Part shown: in pieces, positions 10,613 through 20,541 of the stretch
Layout of the letters: every line of letters starts with the position of its first letter
Position numbering within the stretch: the stretch's first letter is position 1
Assembly (NCBI GenBank): GCA_016181935.1
Contig: JACOYI010000004.1
Location: 5,292-69,291, forward strand
Source: Candidatus Niyogibacteria bacterium
GTDB lineage: Bacteria > Patescibacteriota > Minisyncoccia > HO2-45-28
Length of the DNA: 64,000 bases
Direction of reading: 5' to 3'
Program-made: the position numbers and the translations under genes
Notes under the pieces: model-generated
Told to the model about the DNA's origin: nothing
The model's database searches: none
The model's input: the letters and a program-made list of their open reading frames with translations, nothing else

Positions 10613-10684
10613 CTCCTTTTAATGTGCGTTTTTGCCGGACTGCTTTTCCAAATACTGTATACAAAACTTCCATGAGTTTGTCAA
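10613..10684 (-). promoter_or_regulatory. Promoter/leader module, copy 2
   Basis: 68/72 identical to 10051-10122. Confidence 0.8.
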
Positions 10685-10740
10685 TCCTTCGGGCATACTC
10701 AGGATTGACCGTGAGTACGCCGAATCGGTCAACATCCGCC

Positions 10741-10827
10741 AAGGGTTCCCCTTAGGAACGGATAAGGGTAATTCCCCCAAGGGTAGTCCTTTTCTGATTC
10801 CTAAGGACTACCCTTGGGGAATCCTTT
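10741..10827. repeat. REP cluster at the uvrA 3' end
   Basis: Several AAGGG(TTCC/TAGT)CCTT units in both orientations. Confidence 0.8.
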
Positions 10828-10831
10828 GAGA

Positions 10832-13711
10832 TCAATCCCTCGCAAGCCATTGGCCGGTGTAGGATTTTTTGTTGCGCGCGAGTTCTTCGGGAGACGCGGA
10901 CGCCACCACCATGCCGCCTTTCTCGCCTCCTTCGGGACCGAGGTCAATGACCCAATCCGCATTTTTAATGACATCCGGATTATGCTCGATGACAAGCACG
11001 GTATTTCCCTTTTCCACCAGCGCCACGAGTACGCCCAACAACTTCCGCGTGTCTTCAAAATGCAGACCGGTGGTCGGCTCATCCAAAATATATAAGGTTT
11101 TCCCGGTGGATTTACGAGCAAGCTCTGTTGCCAATTTCACGCGCTGGGCCTCGCCGCCCGAAAGTGTCGTCGCCGCCTGCCCCAATTTCATATACGACAG
11201 CCCGACCTCGACGAGCGTTTCGATGCGCGCTTTCAATTGCGGAATGTTTTTGAAAAACGCAAGCGCCTCCTCCGCCGTCATATCGAGAACCTCGGCGATG
11301 GTTTTCCCGTTGTATACAATAGAAAGGGCTTCGGCGTTATACCGCGTGCCTTTGCATTCCTCGCACTCCACATAAATATCGGGCAAAAAATGCATTTCGA
11401 TGCGTTTGACGCCCTGCCCCTCGCATTCCTCGCACCGCCCGCCTTTGACATTGAAACTGAATCGCCCCGCTTTGTAACCGCGCGCTCTGGCATCGCGCGT
11501 TGCCGCGAACAGATCGCGGATGAACGTGAACGCGCCCGTGTAGGTCGCAGGATTGGAGCGGGGCGTGCGTCCGATGGGCGACTGGTCCACCACGATGACC
11601 TTGTCGACATGGTGGACGCCCTCGATGGTTTTGTGAACGCCCGGCGCCTCACGCGAGCCGTAAAAATGCTGGGAAAGGGCACGCGCCAGAATGTCGTTGA
11701 CAAGCGTGGACTTGCCCGAACCCGACACGCCCGTAACACAGACGAATTTGGCCGTCGGAATTTCGACAGCGATGTTTTTTAAATTATGTTCCGCGGCTCC
11801 GCGAACAGTAAGCATTTTGGCTTTTTCGTGGACACGCGTGGCGCGCGCCCCCGCATTCCCCGCCTTCACTTCGCGCTGACCCGACAGATATTCGCCTGTC
11901 AGCGTTTTTGCTTTCAATAATTCTTTGTACGTTCCTTCAAAAATAACTTCCCCGCCGTGACGCCCCGCGCCGGGGCCGAGGTCGATGATCCAATCCGCAT
12001 TCGCCATCGTATCGCGGTCGTGCTCGACCACAATGACCGTGTTGCCGAGGTCGCGCAGATTTTTGAGTGTCTGAATCAAACGGCTGTGATCGCGCGGATG
12101 CAAACCGATGGACGGCTCATCGAGCACATAGATGACGCCGGAAAGACCGGAGCCGATCTGGGTCGCGAGCCGCACCCGCTGGCCCTCCCCGCCCGACAGC
12201 GTCGCGCTCGACCGGTCGAGCGTCAGGTATTCGAGTCCCACATCCAACAAAAATTGGAGACGCCGTACGATCTCTTTTGCGAGCGGCTTTGCGATGGCTT
12301 TCGTTTTTTGGCTTGAAAGTTTTTTCTCGAATGCGCGCATGAATCCGATGGCGGACGCGCACGGAAACGCCGAAACATCCGCGATGCTTTTGCCGTCGAG
12401 ACGCACCGCGAGCGCCTCGGGTTTCAATCGCCGCCCCTCGCAGGTCGGACATCGTTCGATCCGCATATAACGCTCGACCTCGGCGCGCGTCCATTCGGAA
12501 TCCGTTTCCTTCCAGCGGCGCTCCAAATTCGGAATGATGCCCTCAAAACTGGAGGCACGCTGGAGGCTGGGAGCTGGGAGCTGGGAGCTGGGAGCTGGAG
12601 ATTCGCCGCACAAAAGAATATCAATGATTTTTTGCGGAAGATCTTTGACGGGAACATCCAAAGAAAATTTGTACCGCTTCGCCAGATCCTCGAGCATCCA
12701 CCAATACCACGATTGCCGGCCCACGCGGTGTGCAGAGCGTGCCCACGGCTGGATGGCACCCTCCGAAAGCGTCAGATTTTTATTCGGTAAAACCAATTCC
12801 GGATCCACCTCGAGCCGCGAACCCAATCCGGTGCATGCGGGACATGCGCCGAACGGACTGTTGAACGAAAACAGGCGCGGCTCGATCGCGGGAAGCGAAA
12901 TGCCGCACACGGGGCAGGCAAAATGCTCGGAGAAGATCATTTCCGGAAATATTTTTTTGGCGCCTGACGCATCATCCGCGCTCGCCACGAGCACGATGCC
13001 CTTGCCGAGTCCGAGCGCCGCTTCGAACGAATCGCGCAGACGCTCTCGGTCGAGATCCTTGCCGATAACGATGCGATCCACAACGACCGCGATGGAATGC
13101 TGACGCTTGGGGTCGAGCTCCAGATCGAGCGCTTCATCCGTGCGCATCACGCCGCCGTCCACCCGCACGCGCAAAAACCCCTTCTTTTTCAATTCCTGCA
13201 AAATTTTTTTGTGTTCGCCTTTGCGGCCCGTAATGACCGGAGCGACGATCATGGCCAGCGCCCCCGACGGAAGCCCCGATACTTTTGAGAGCATTTCATC
13301 GATCGTTTGTTTTTTGACCGCCTGTCCGCATTGGGGACAATGCGGCTCGCCGAGGCGCGCAAAAAGTACGCGCAGGTAATCATAAATTTCGGTGATGGTG
13401 CCTACGGTGGAGCGCGGCGTGCGGGCTACCGACCGCTGGTCAATGGCGATGGCGGGCGATAATCCATCCATGGACTCCACGTCCGGTTTTTCCCGCACGC
13501 CCAAAAATTGCCGAGCATAACTCGACAAGGATTCCACGAACCGCCGTTCGGCCTCGGCATAGATCGTATCGAACGCAAGCGACGATTTGCCCGAACCCGA
13601 AAGGCCGGTGATGACAATGAGTTTATTTTTTGGAATATCCAGCGAAACATCCTTGAGGTTGTGGGCTTTCGCACCCCGAATCCGGATGACATCGGTGGCG
13701 GGCGTAGGCAT
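10832..13711 (-). CDS. uvrA: Excinuclease ABC subunit A
   Basis: Two Walker A motifs (GLSGSGKS, GVSGSGKS), LSGGE signatures, Zn fingers; start placed at ATG 13711, 9 nt after TATAAT. Confidence 0.98.
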   Translation of the reverse strand: MPTPATDVIRIRGAKAHNLKDVSLDIPKNKLIVITGLSGSGKSSLAFDTIYAEAERRFVESLSSYARQFLGVREKPDVESMDGLSPAIAIDQRSVARTPRSTVGTITEIYDYLRVLFARLGEPHCPQCGQAVKKQTIDEMLSKVSGLPSGALAMIVAPVITGRKGEHKKILQELKKKGFLRVRVDGGVMRTDEALDLELDPKRQHSIAVVVDRIVIGKDLDRERLRDSFEAALGLGKGIVLVASADDASGAKKIFPEMIFSEHFACPVCGISLPAIEPRLFSFNSPFGACPACTGLGSRLEVDPELVLPNKNLTLSEGAIQPWARSAHRVGRQSWYWWMLEDLAKRYKFSLDVPVKDLPQKIIDILLCGESPAPSSQLPAPSLQRASSFEGIIPNLERRWKETDSEWTRAEVERYMRIERCPTCEGRRLKPEALAVRLDGKSIADVSAFPCASAIGFMRAFEKKLSSQKTKAIAKPLAKEIVRRLQFLLDVGLEYLTLDRSSATLSGGEGQRVRLATQIGSGLSGVIYVLDEPSIGLHPRDHSRLIQTLKNLRDLGNTVIVVEHDRDTMANADWIIDLGPGAGRHGGEVIFEGTYKELLKAKTLTGEYLSGQREVKAGNAGARATRVHEKAKMLTVRGAAEHNLKNIAVEIPTAKFVCVTGVSGSGKSTLVNDILARALSQHFYGSREAPGVHKTIEGVHHVDKVIVVDQSPIGRTPRSNPATYTGAFTFIRDLFAATRDARARGYKAGRFSFNVKGGRCEECEGQGVKRIEMHFLPDIYVECEECKGTRYNAEALSIVYNGKTIAEVLDMTAEEALAFFKNIPQLKARIETLVEVGLSYMKLGQAATTLSGGEAQRVKLATELARKSTGKTLYILDEPTTGLHFEDTRKLLGVLVALVEKGNTVLVIEHNPDVIKNADWVIDLGPEGGEKGGMVVASASPEELARNKKSYTGQWLARD
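12549..12600. repeat. Heptamer tandem repeat (GCTGGGA/GCTGGAG) in-frame inside uvrA
   Basis: Encodes SPAPSSQLPAPSLQRASS. Confidence 0.85.
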
Positions 13712-13754
13712 AAAGCATTCATTATATAAACGTGTCAAGACGATGTCAATGAAT

Positions 13755-13814
13755 AAGGAACCCCCAAAGGGTAGTCCTTAGGAACGGAAAAGGACTACCC
13801 TTTGGGGGTTCCTT
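13755..13814. repeat. REP doublet between uvrA and uvrC: perfect 25-bp inverted repeat
   Basis: AAGGAACCCCCAAAGGGTAGTCCTT-AGGAACGGAA-reverse complement. Confidence 0.9.
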
Positions 13815-13832
13815 CGGCGTATAATAATCAAC

Positions 13833-15215
13833 GTGCCATCCGTACTCGAGAACACCAAAACCATTCCGGATTCGCCGGGCGTCTATTTTTTCCGCGACCG
13901 CGCGGGAACCGTCGTTTACGTCGGAAAAGCGCAAAATCTCAAGATGCGCCTGAATTCGTATTTCACGATAACCGGCGCCGAAGGCGATACCCGCAAACAG
14001 GCCATGCTCAAAGAAGCCACCTCCTTTGACTGGCAGGAATTGGGTTCGGACATTGAAGCGCTCATCCGCGAAGCGGAACTCATCAAAAAGCTCAAGCCGA
14101 AATATAACGTCCTGATGCGCGACGACAAAAACTTTTTTTACGTCGGCTTCACGCGCGGAAAATTTCCGCGGGTATTCATTACGCATCAACCCGATGAAGG
14201 GAGCACATCGGTAGCGCATCTCGGTCCGTACACGGATGGCGGAGCGCTCAAGCTCGTTTTAAAATCCCTCCGCAAGGCGTTCCCGTATTGCGAATGCGCA
14301 CGCTCGTCTCGCGCTCTGCATGACCGGCCATGCGAAAACGCCGAACTCGGCCGGTGCGCCGGCATCTGCTGCCTGAAAAAAAAGAAATGGCGCGATTTTT
14401 ACCCCGATGCCGAGGAACGCATTGACCGGTATCGCAAAAATATCGCGCTTTTAAAACGCATCCTTGCCGGGCGTTATACGGCTGTAACGCGGCGGCTGAA
14501 AAAAGAGATGCGAAAACTCTCGGAATCGCGCCAGTACGAGGAAGCTGCGGCCTTGCGCGACCAGATCGATGCGCTGGAAAATATTTTCGAGCATCGCGCA
14601 TTTCTGTCGAGGGACGACGAGGCGTGGCGCGAAAAGGGCCTTCGGCATCTCCTGACGGCGCTCGGCGCGAAAAGCGTCAAGCGCATCGAGGGATACGACA
14701 TTTCGAACATCCAAGGGACGGACGCGGTCGGTTCCATGGTGGTCTTCATCGACGGCGCGCCCTACAAAAACGATTACCGGCGGTTCAAGATCCGTTTGCC
14801 GGCGCGTCCCAACGACGTCGCCATGATCCGCGAGATCGTCACGCGCCGGATCGAACACCGCGAGTGGCCATTGCCCGCCGTCATGGTCATTGACGGAGGA
14901 AAAATGCAGTTGAACGCCGCGCTCGCGGCGGTCCAGCACCTGAAAAAAATCCGCGTCGTCTCTCTCGCAAAACGCGAAGAGGAACTTTATTTGCCCAATC
15001 GCACCACCCTTAAATTGAAGGAGAGCTCACAGCCCCTGCTTCACCTGATGCAGGCCGTCCGCAATGAGGCCCATCGCTTTGCGCTCGCCTACCATCATAA
15101 GCGCCGTAAAAAAACATTGTTCAAAGGAAAGCGCACAACAAAAGTCGCCCAAAGAGTGATCCTTAAGAATCGGAGCAAAAAAAAAGTTCGCGCCAAGGGT
15201 AGTCCCCAAGGGTAG
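13833..15215 (+). CDS. uvrC: Excinuclease ABC subunit C
   Basis: GIY-YIG domain (PGVYFF...YVGKA), UVR domain, IEGYDIS, IDGG, RNEAHRFA; no HhH tail; the C-terminus reads into a REP. Confidence 0.93.
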   Translation: MPSVLENTKTIPDSPGVYFFRDRAGTVVYVGKAQNLKMRLNSYFTITGAEGDTRKQAMLKEATSFDWQELGSDIEALIREAELIKKLKPKYNVLMRDDKNFFYVGFTRGKFPRVFITHQPDEGSTSVAHLGPYTDGGALKLVLKSLRKAFPYCECARSSRALHDRPCENAELGRCAGICCLKKKKWRDFYPDAEERIDRYRKNIALLKRILAGRYTAVTRRLKKEMRKLSESRQYEEAAALRDQIDALENIFEHRAFLSRDDEAWREKGLRHLLTALGAKSVKRIEGYDISNIQGTDAVGSMVVFIDGAPYKNDYRRFKIRLPARPNDVAMIREIVTRRIEHREWPLPAVMVIDGGKMQLNAALAAVQHLKKIRVVSLAKREEELYLPNRTTLKLKESSQPLLHLMQAVRNEAHRFALAYHHKRRKKTLFKGKRTTKVAQRVILKNRSKKKVRAKGSPQG

Positions 15216-15264
15216 TCCATATCTCGTTCCTAAGGACTACCCTTTGAAAAGGACTACCCTTAGG
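15195..15264. repeat. REP cluster at the uvrC 3' end
   Basis: Four AAGGGTAGTCC / GGACTACCCTT units. Confidence 0.8.
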
Positions 15265-15300
15265 AAGCGTCCGCCGGCCAAACGGCGCCGCCACCGAAGA

Positions 15301-15367
15301 GCTGGAAGCTAGATTTCTGGAGACTGGATTTTCCAGCTTCTAGTTTCTAGGGTTCCAGCTTCCAGAG
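15301..15367. repeat. Heptamer-repeat hairpin (CTRGAAG arm / CTTCYAG arm)
   Basis: Same unit as the 23S rRNA insertions. Confidence 0.8.
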
Positions 15368-15403
15368 TTGACCCCCAGCCAAGGAGGTGCTATTGTGTAG
15401 GAA

Positions 15404-15634
15404 ATGCAGATTTTACGGACTCTGTTGCCGTACGCACAAATAGGCGTCGCTATCCTCCTCGCGATCACCATCCTCCTCCAGCAAAAAGGCGGTAGCGTGG
15501 GTTCGATTTTCGGCGGAGGCGAGGCAACTTTCTATCGCACCAAACGGGGCCTTGAACGAGGACTTTTCATTTCAACGATCATCCTCGGGATCGCATTCGT
15601 CGTTCTTGCGATTTTGGGTTTGACGCTCCGCTAG
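15404..15634 (+). CDS. secG: Preprotein translocase subunit SecG
   Basis: ILLQQKGG...FGG, two TM; TTGACC-N17-TATTGT promoter 7 nt upstream. Confidence 0.9.
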   Translation: MQILRTLLPYAQIGVAILLAITILLQQKGGSVGSIFGGGEATFYRTKRGLERGLFISTIILGIAFVVLAILGLTLR

Positions 15635-15662
15635 CCCAAAATCCCGCCCCTCCATCTATCTT

Positions 15663-17402
15663 GTGATAAAATCTTCTTTTCCGTTTGTAAAACGATCCTC
15701 GATTCCCACGCTTCTCGAACTTCGCGTTGTGTTGCGAGGGTTGGTGGCATGGGAAAAAATCGCCTTTCTTATCGCAACCGGCGCGATCGTTATCGGAACG
15801 CTCGGCTTCTGGATCCAATTGCAAAAACGATTCGCGGTCATGATCCCTGCGCCCGGCGGTTCTTTTGTCGAGGGCATCACGGGGACGCCGCACCTCGCGA
15901 ATCCTCTGCTTGCAAGCACGGAAGCGGATCGCGACCTTACGAATCTTTTGTATGCCGGCCTGATGAAATCGGACGGCACCGGCGGACTCGAAACGAACCT
16001 TGCGCAAAATTATACGATCTCGGAGGATGGTTTGGTCTATGAATTCACGCTTCGCGGCGGCCTCACGTGGCACGACGGGGAACCGATCACCGCGGACGAC
16101 GTCGCGTTCACGATACAGGCCGCAAAAAATCCGGCGATCAAAAGCCCGCTGCGCGCCAACTGGGAAGGCGTGGATATCGAAGTGGTGAATGACCATCAGA
16201 TCCGGTTCGTCTTAAAACGGCCGTACTCGCCCTTTCTTGAAAATATGACCGTCGGCATTCTCCCGCGCCACATTTGGAAAAATGCGACGTCGGACCAATT
16301 CAGCTTGTCCGAATACAATCGTAAGGTCATCGGCGCGGGCCCGTACGAGGTCGACGCGATCGAACGAAATGCCGCCGGCATCATTACGGCATACGAGCTT
16401 GGCGCATTTGAACACTACGCCTTAGGAAAACCGCTCATCCGGAAGATCACGCTCAGATTCTATAATTCGGAGGCCGAGGCGCTTTCGGCGCTCCGCGGAG
16501 GCGCCATCGACGCTCTGTCATCGCTCTCCGCCGACAAGACCGCCGAACTGCAGAACTTTGGAGACCGCTTGCGCCTGTTGTCGCTTCCCCGTATATTCGG
16601 CGTTTTCTTCAACCAAAACAAATCGGCGGCATTGCAGGATCGCGCCGTACGGCTGGCGCTGGTACAATCGATCGATAAAAAAGAGATCATTGAAACGGCG
16701 CTCGGCGGATTCGGCATCGCCATCGATGACCCGATCCCGCCCGAGATCCTGCACCGCGGCTCTCCGACCGATCGCTTCGATCTCCTGAATGCGTCGAGTA
16801 CGCTTGCGAAGGCGGGATGGAAATTGAATCCAACGACCGGGATCCGCGAAAAAGCCGAGGGTAAAAAGCCGGCGATCCCTTTGGCATTCACGATCTCGAC
16901 CGCAAATACGCCGGAATTGGCGGCCGCAGCCGAGATTGTCAGGAACCAATGGCGCGCGATCGGAGCGAATGTCGAAGTCAGAACATTCGAGATCGGCGAC
17001 CTGAACCAAAATATCATCCGCCCCCGCGAATATGAGGCGCTTCTCTTCGGCGAGGTCGTGGGGCGCGACCCCGATCCGTTTGCGTTCTGGCATTCATCCC
17101 AACGAAATGACCCGGGGCTCAATATCGCGCTCTATACCAACAAAACAACGGACAAGCTCGTCGAAGAGGCACGGACCACGCATGACGCGGTCCTGCGCCG
17201 CGAAAAATATGCCGCGTTTCTGGATGAGGTGCGAAAAGATGCGCCCGCCGCATTTCTCTATTCGCCATCCTATGTGTATGTGGCGGCTCCCGGGCTTCGC
17301 GGATTCGATACGCGGCTCATCACCGTTCCGGCGGAACGTTTCGCAAATGTCCACGCATGGCACCTGTATACGACGCGCGTATGGAAGATCTTTTTGAAGT
17401 AG
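15663..17402 (+). CDS. Peptide ABC transporter substrate-binding protein (family 5)
   Basis: YEFTLR..LTWHDGEPITADDVAFT signature; GAGPY. Confidence 0.9.
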   Translation: MIKSSFPFVKRSSIPTLLELRVVLRGLVAWEKIAFLIATGAIVIGTLGFWIQLQKRFAVMIPAPGGSFVEGITGTPHLANPLLASTEADRDLTNLLYAGLMKSDGTGGLETNLAQNYTISEDGLVYEFTLRGGLTWHDGEPITADDVAFTIQAAKNPAIKSPLRANWEGVDIEVVNDHQIRFVLKRPYSPFLENMTVGILPRHIWKNATSDQFSLSEYNRKVIGAGPYEVDAIERNAAGIITAYELGAFEHYALGKPLIRKITLRFYNSEAEALSALRGGAIDALSSLSADKTAELQNFGDRLRLLSLPRIFGVFFNQNKSAALQDRAVRLALVQSIDKKEIIETALGGFGIAIDDPIPPEILHRGSPTDRFDLLNASSTLAKAGWKLNPTTGIREKAEGKKPAIPLAFTISTANTPELAAAAEIVRNQWRAIGANVEVRTFEIGDLNQNIIRPREYEALLFGEVVGRDPDPFAFWHSSQRNDPGLNIALYTNKTTDKLVEEARTTHDAVLRREKYAAFLDEVRKDAPAAFLYSPSYVYVAAPGLRGFDTRLITVPAERFANVHAWHLYTTRVWKIFLK

Positions 17403-17522
17403 AAAATCGCCCCGCGCGCGGATTTACTCCGCGCAGCGGGGCACCCTGGAAGGGGGAAGCAGTGAGCGAAAGCGAACGTCGGAAGGGGGAAACCCTTTCC
17501 GGGTTTCCCCCTCCGAGTCATT

Positions 17523-17606
17523 GCCCCCGTGGTGGAATTGGCAGACACGCAGCGTTCAGGGCGCTGTTCCCGTAAGGGAGTAGAGGTTCAAATCCTCTCG
17601 GGGGCA
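17523..17606 (+). tRNA. tRNA-Leu(CAG)
   Basis: Cloverleaf with anticodon loop TTCAGGG and a long variable arm. Confidence 0.95.
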
Positions 17607-17647
17607 CTATGGGAATCTCATTATCAATTATTTATTCATTTAATCGC

Positions 17648-19486
17648 ATGATCACACGATCAAGAAATTACCGGCGAAAGCCGGCAGGAAAGTTCGCAAA
17701 AACGTCCGGACGCGTTTCCGATATCCGCGATGAATTAAAAGACGTAAAAAAAGCGACGTCGGCGGAAAAACTCGTCGTTCCCCACGGAAGCCCGAATGCA
17801 AAGATCCGGGTCGTTCCCGTTGGAGGACTCGAGGAAGTGGGCCGGAACATGATGTATCTGGAATATGTGGACCCGGGATCCAAATATCACGGCGACATCA
17901 TCGTGATCGACATCGGCCTCCAGTTTCCGGACGAAAACATGCCGGGAATCGATTACATCATTCCGAATATCACCTCCCTTCTGCCCAAAAAAGATAAGAT
18001 CAAAGCCGTCATTATCACGCATGCGCATTACGATCATATCGGCGGCATCCCGCATGTCATGCCGAAACTCGGCGCCGATATCCCGCTTTACGGGACCGAT
18101 CTTACGCTCGCCATCATCGCCAAGCGCCAGCGTGACTATGAACATCTGGGGGGGCATCTCAACCTCAATGAGATATCGAACGATACGAAACTTGACTTTG
18201 GAGCATTCCAAATCGAGTTTTTCGGCGTTTCGCATAATATCCCGGGATCGGTCGGCGTCATCCTGCATACGCCCGTCGGCATTCTCATCCATACGGGCGA
18301 CTTTAAGATCGATACGCGTTCCGGTATCGGGGGCGTGACCGAAATGGAAAAACTCCGGGAGCTGGGCGAAAAGAACGTGCTTTTGCTGATGTCCGACAGC
18401 ACGAATGCCCGCGAACCCGGCCATCAATTCAGCGAGGTGGACATTCAGCACGAAATGGAGGCGATCATACGGGATGCCGCCGGACGGCTCATCATCGGTA
18501 CCTTCGCATCGCTCTTGGGCCGCTTAAATGAAATTCTGCAGATCGCCGAAAAATACGATAAACGCGTCGCGATCGACGGCCGCAGCATGAAAACGAATAT
18601 CGAGATCGCGGAACACCTCGGATATATCAAAGTGAATCCGGCGATCCTGATCGATGCCGCAGACACGCACAAATACCCGTCCAAAAAAGTCGTGGTCCTC
18701 GTAACGGGCGCCCAGGGGGAAGAAAATGCGGTCTTGATGCGCATTGTCACGGGCCGCCACAAATTCCTGAAAATTCAAAGCGGCGATACCGTGGTCTTTT
18801 CGTCCTCGGTCATTCCGGGCAACGAGCGCTCGGTCCAGTATCTTACGGACAAGCTCTACCGCGACGGCGCGGATGTCATCAATTATAAAATGCTCGACAT
18901 TCATGCCGGAGGCCATGCAAAACAGGAGGACCTGAAACTCCTGATCGAGACGATCAAGCCTCAGTATCTCATGCCGATCGAAGGCAACCATTCGTTCTTG
19001 AAACTTCACGCGAAGGTCGGACGCCGCGCCGGAATGGCCGAGGAGAAGATCGTCGTCGCGGATAACGGGCAGGTCGCGGAGGTCAAAAAGGGCTCGGTCA
19101 TGCTCACCAAAGAACGGGTGCCGGCAAACTACGTCATGGTGGACGGCCTTGGGGTCGGCGACGTTCAGGAAGTGGTGCTCCGCGACCGGCAAATGCTCGC
19201 ATCCGACGGCATTTTCGTCATCATCGCGACCGTGGATTCGCAAACCGGCAAAGTCCGCGGATCGCCGGATATCATTTCGCGGGGATTCGTGTATTTGCGC
19301 GAATCCAAGGAACTCTTGTTCCAAGCGCGCCTGCTTGTCAAAAAGATCGTTGAACACTCGACGCATACCATGCATCCCGTCAACTGGACGTATGTCCGCG
19401 ACAACCTGCGCGATCAGGTCGGCGACTTTCTGTTCGAAAAAACCCACCGCCGCCCGATGGTCCTGCCCGTTGTGATCGAGGTGTAA
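17648..19486 (+). CDS. rnj: Ribonuclease J
   Basis: GGLEEVGRN, THAHYDHIG, HTGDFK, HAGGH; start uncertain (17609 or 17648). Confidence 0.95.
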   Translation: MITRSRNYRRKPAGKFAKTSGRVSDIRDELKDVKKATSAEKLVVPHGSPNAKIRVVPVGGLEEVGRNMMYLEYVDPGSKYHGDIIVIDIGLQFPDENMPGIDYIIPNITSLLPKKDKIKAVIITHAHYDHIGGIPHVMPKLGADIPLYGTDLTLAIIAKRQRDYEHLGGHLNLNEISNDTKLDFGAFQIEFFGVSHNIPGSVGVILHTPVGILIHTGDFKIDTRSGIGGVTEMEKLRELGEKNVLLLMSDSTNAREPGHQFSEVDIQHEMEAIIRDAAGRLIIGTFASLLGRLNEILQIAEKYDKRVAIDGRSMKTNIEIAEHLGYIKVNPAILIDAADTHKYPSKKVVVLVTGAQGEENAVLMRIVTGRHKFLKIQSGDTVVFSSSVIPGNERSVQYLTDKLYRDGADVINYKMLDIHAGGHAKQEDLKLLIETIKPQYLMPIEGNHSFLKLHAKVGRRAGMAEEKIVVADNGQVAEVKKGSVMLTKERVPANYVMVDGLGVGDVQEVVLRDRQMLASDGIFVIIATVDSQTGKVRGSPDIISRGFVYLRESKELLFQARLLVKKIVEHSTHTMHPVNWTYVRDNLRDQVGDFLFEKTHRRPMVLPVVIEV

Positions 19487-19505
19487 AAAAAGAAAAAGCG
19501 CCATC

Positions 19506-19976
19506 TTACTTCAGATGGCGCCAACTATAGCGCGACACAAGAATTTCGCCGACCATCCACGCCGCGCTAACGAAAAGCGCGATGCAAAGCTTTTTAAACC
19601 CGACCAGATCTATCGCTATTCCGTACGCAGTGAGAGCCGCGCCGGGAAAGATCAGAAGATCGCCGATACTCATCAGCCCGCGGCCCACATCAAACCGATC
19701 GCCAAGAAACTTCAACTGCGTGGATTCATCCATCGCGCAGTGGCGCCAGCTTCGCTCAACTCCGGACTTGTGCGTCCAATAAAAGCCTCCGTCGAGCCGC
19801 ACCGGCATTCTGCCGTTCAGTACGATGACGAGCGCGTTCAGCCACCCGCCCGTAAGAACGATGAATCCTCCGTACCGAATGAAAAGATTACCGAAGGCAC
19901 ATGCGGGGCTAAAAATTATCAGGGTGACAAGGGTCATGACAAACACCAACAAATAGGGGTACAGCGTTGTCTTCAT
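19506..19976 (-). CDS. DUF5317-like membrane protein
   Basis: LNALVIVLNGRMPV...LKFLGD...SIGD. Confidence 0.7.
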   Translation of the reverse strand: MKTTLYPYLLVFVMTLVTLIIFSPACAFGNLFIRYGGFIVLTGGWLNALVIVLNGRMPVRLDGGFYWTHKSGVERSWRHCAMDESTQLKFLGDRFDVGRGLMSIGDLLIFPGAALTAYGIAIDLVGFKKLCIALFVSAAWMVGEILVSRYSWRHLK

Positions 19977-20106
19977 AGCTCCTCCTGGGGTTTGTCCTTA
20001 TTGCTTTTTAATGAGCAAGAGCATATTAACACAAAAATCATTACCAGTCAACCCCATCCGGTGGTCATCAAGGTGTAGAGAAAAACCGAGCAACAGTGTT
20101 GCTCGG

Positions 20107-20487
20107 TTACCGTTTCGGGGCGCTTTTGAAAATCCGCCGCAAAACGATAACGGCGATAATGATGACGCCCGCGCCGATCACGAAATCGCCGATGCTGTAA
20201 TATCCGGCAATATCCGTGGAATTGATGACGATATCGGTTTTCCAGAACGTTAGATGAAAAAGCTTCGGGATATGAAAGATATCGCAAAGCCACGGGAGTC
20301 GTGCGCCATCCAGATCGGTCCCGATGACCGGCATGTGACCGCCGTTCACGGTGACCGCCAGCCAATTCAAAAATACGCCGGTAAAGACAATGGCCGCGCA
20401 TATGCTCAAACTGCGCATGTGGGCGCGCCACAACAAAAATGCCGCCAACCCCAATACCGCGGCGAGCCCGTAGAGAGGAATGAACAT
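20107..20487 (-). CDS. DUF5317-like membrane protein (paralog)
   Basis: LNWLAVTVNGGHMPV...WLCD...YSIGD. Confidence 0.7.
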   Translation of the reverse strand: MFIPLYGLAAVLGLAAFLLWRAHMRSLSICAAIVFTGVFLNWLAVTVNGGHMPVIGTDLDGARLPWLCDIFHIPKLFHLTFWKTDIVINSTDIAGYYSIGDFVIGAGVIIIAVIVLRRIFKSAPKR

Positions 20488-20541
20488 GGCGTCCTCGCTG
20501 TTTTAAGGGACGACGGATCTCATTCCATTATATCAAAATGA

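Noticed and set aside
9714-10622. 302-aa plus-strand ORF with an internal repeat
   Set aside because: It is antisense to two SD-led genes and their duplicated promoters and terminators
10741-15367. CRISPR array from the palindromic repeats
   Set aside because: No regular repeat-spacer period, mixed orientations and no cas genes
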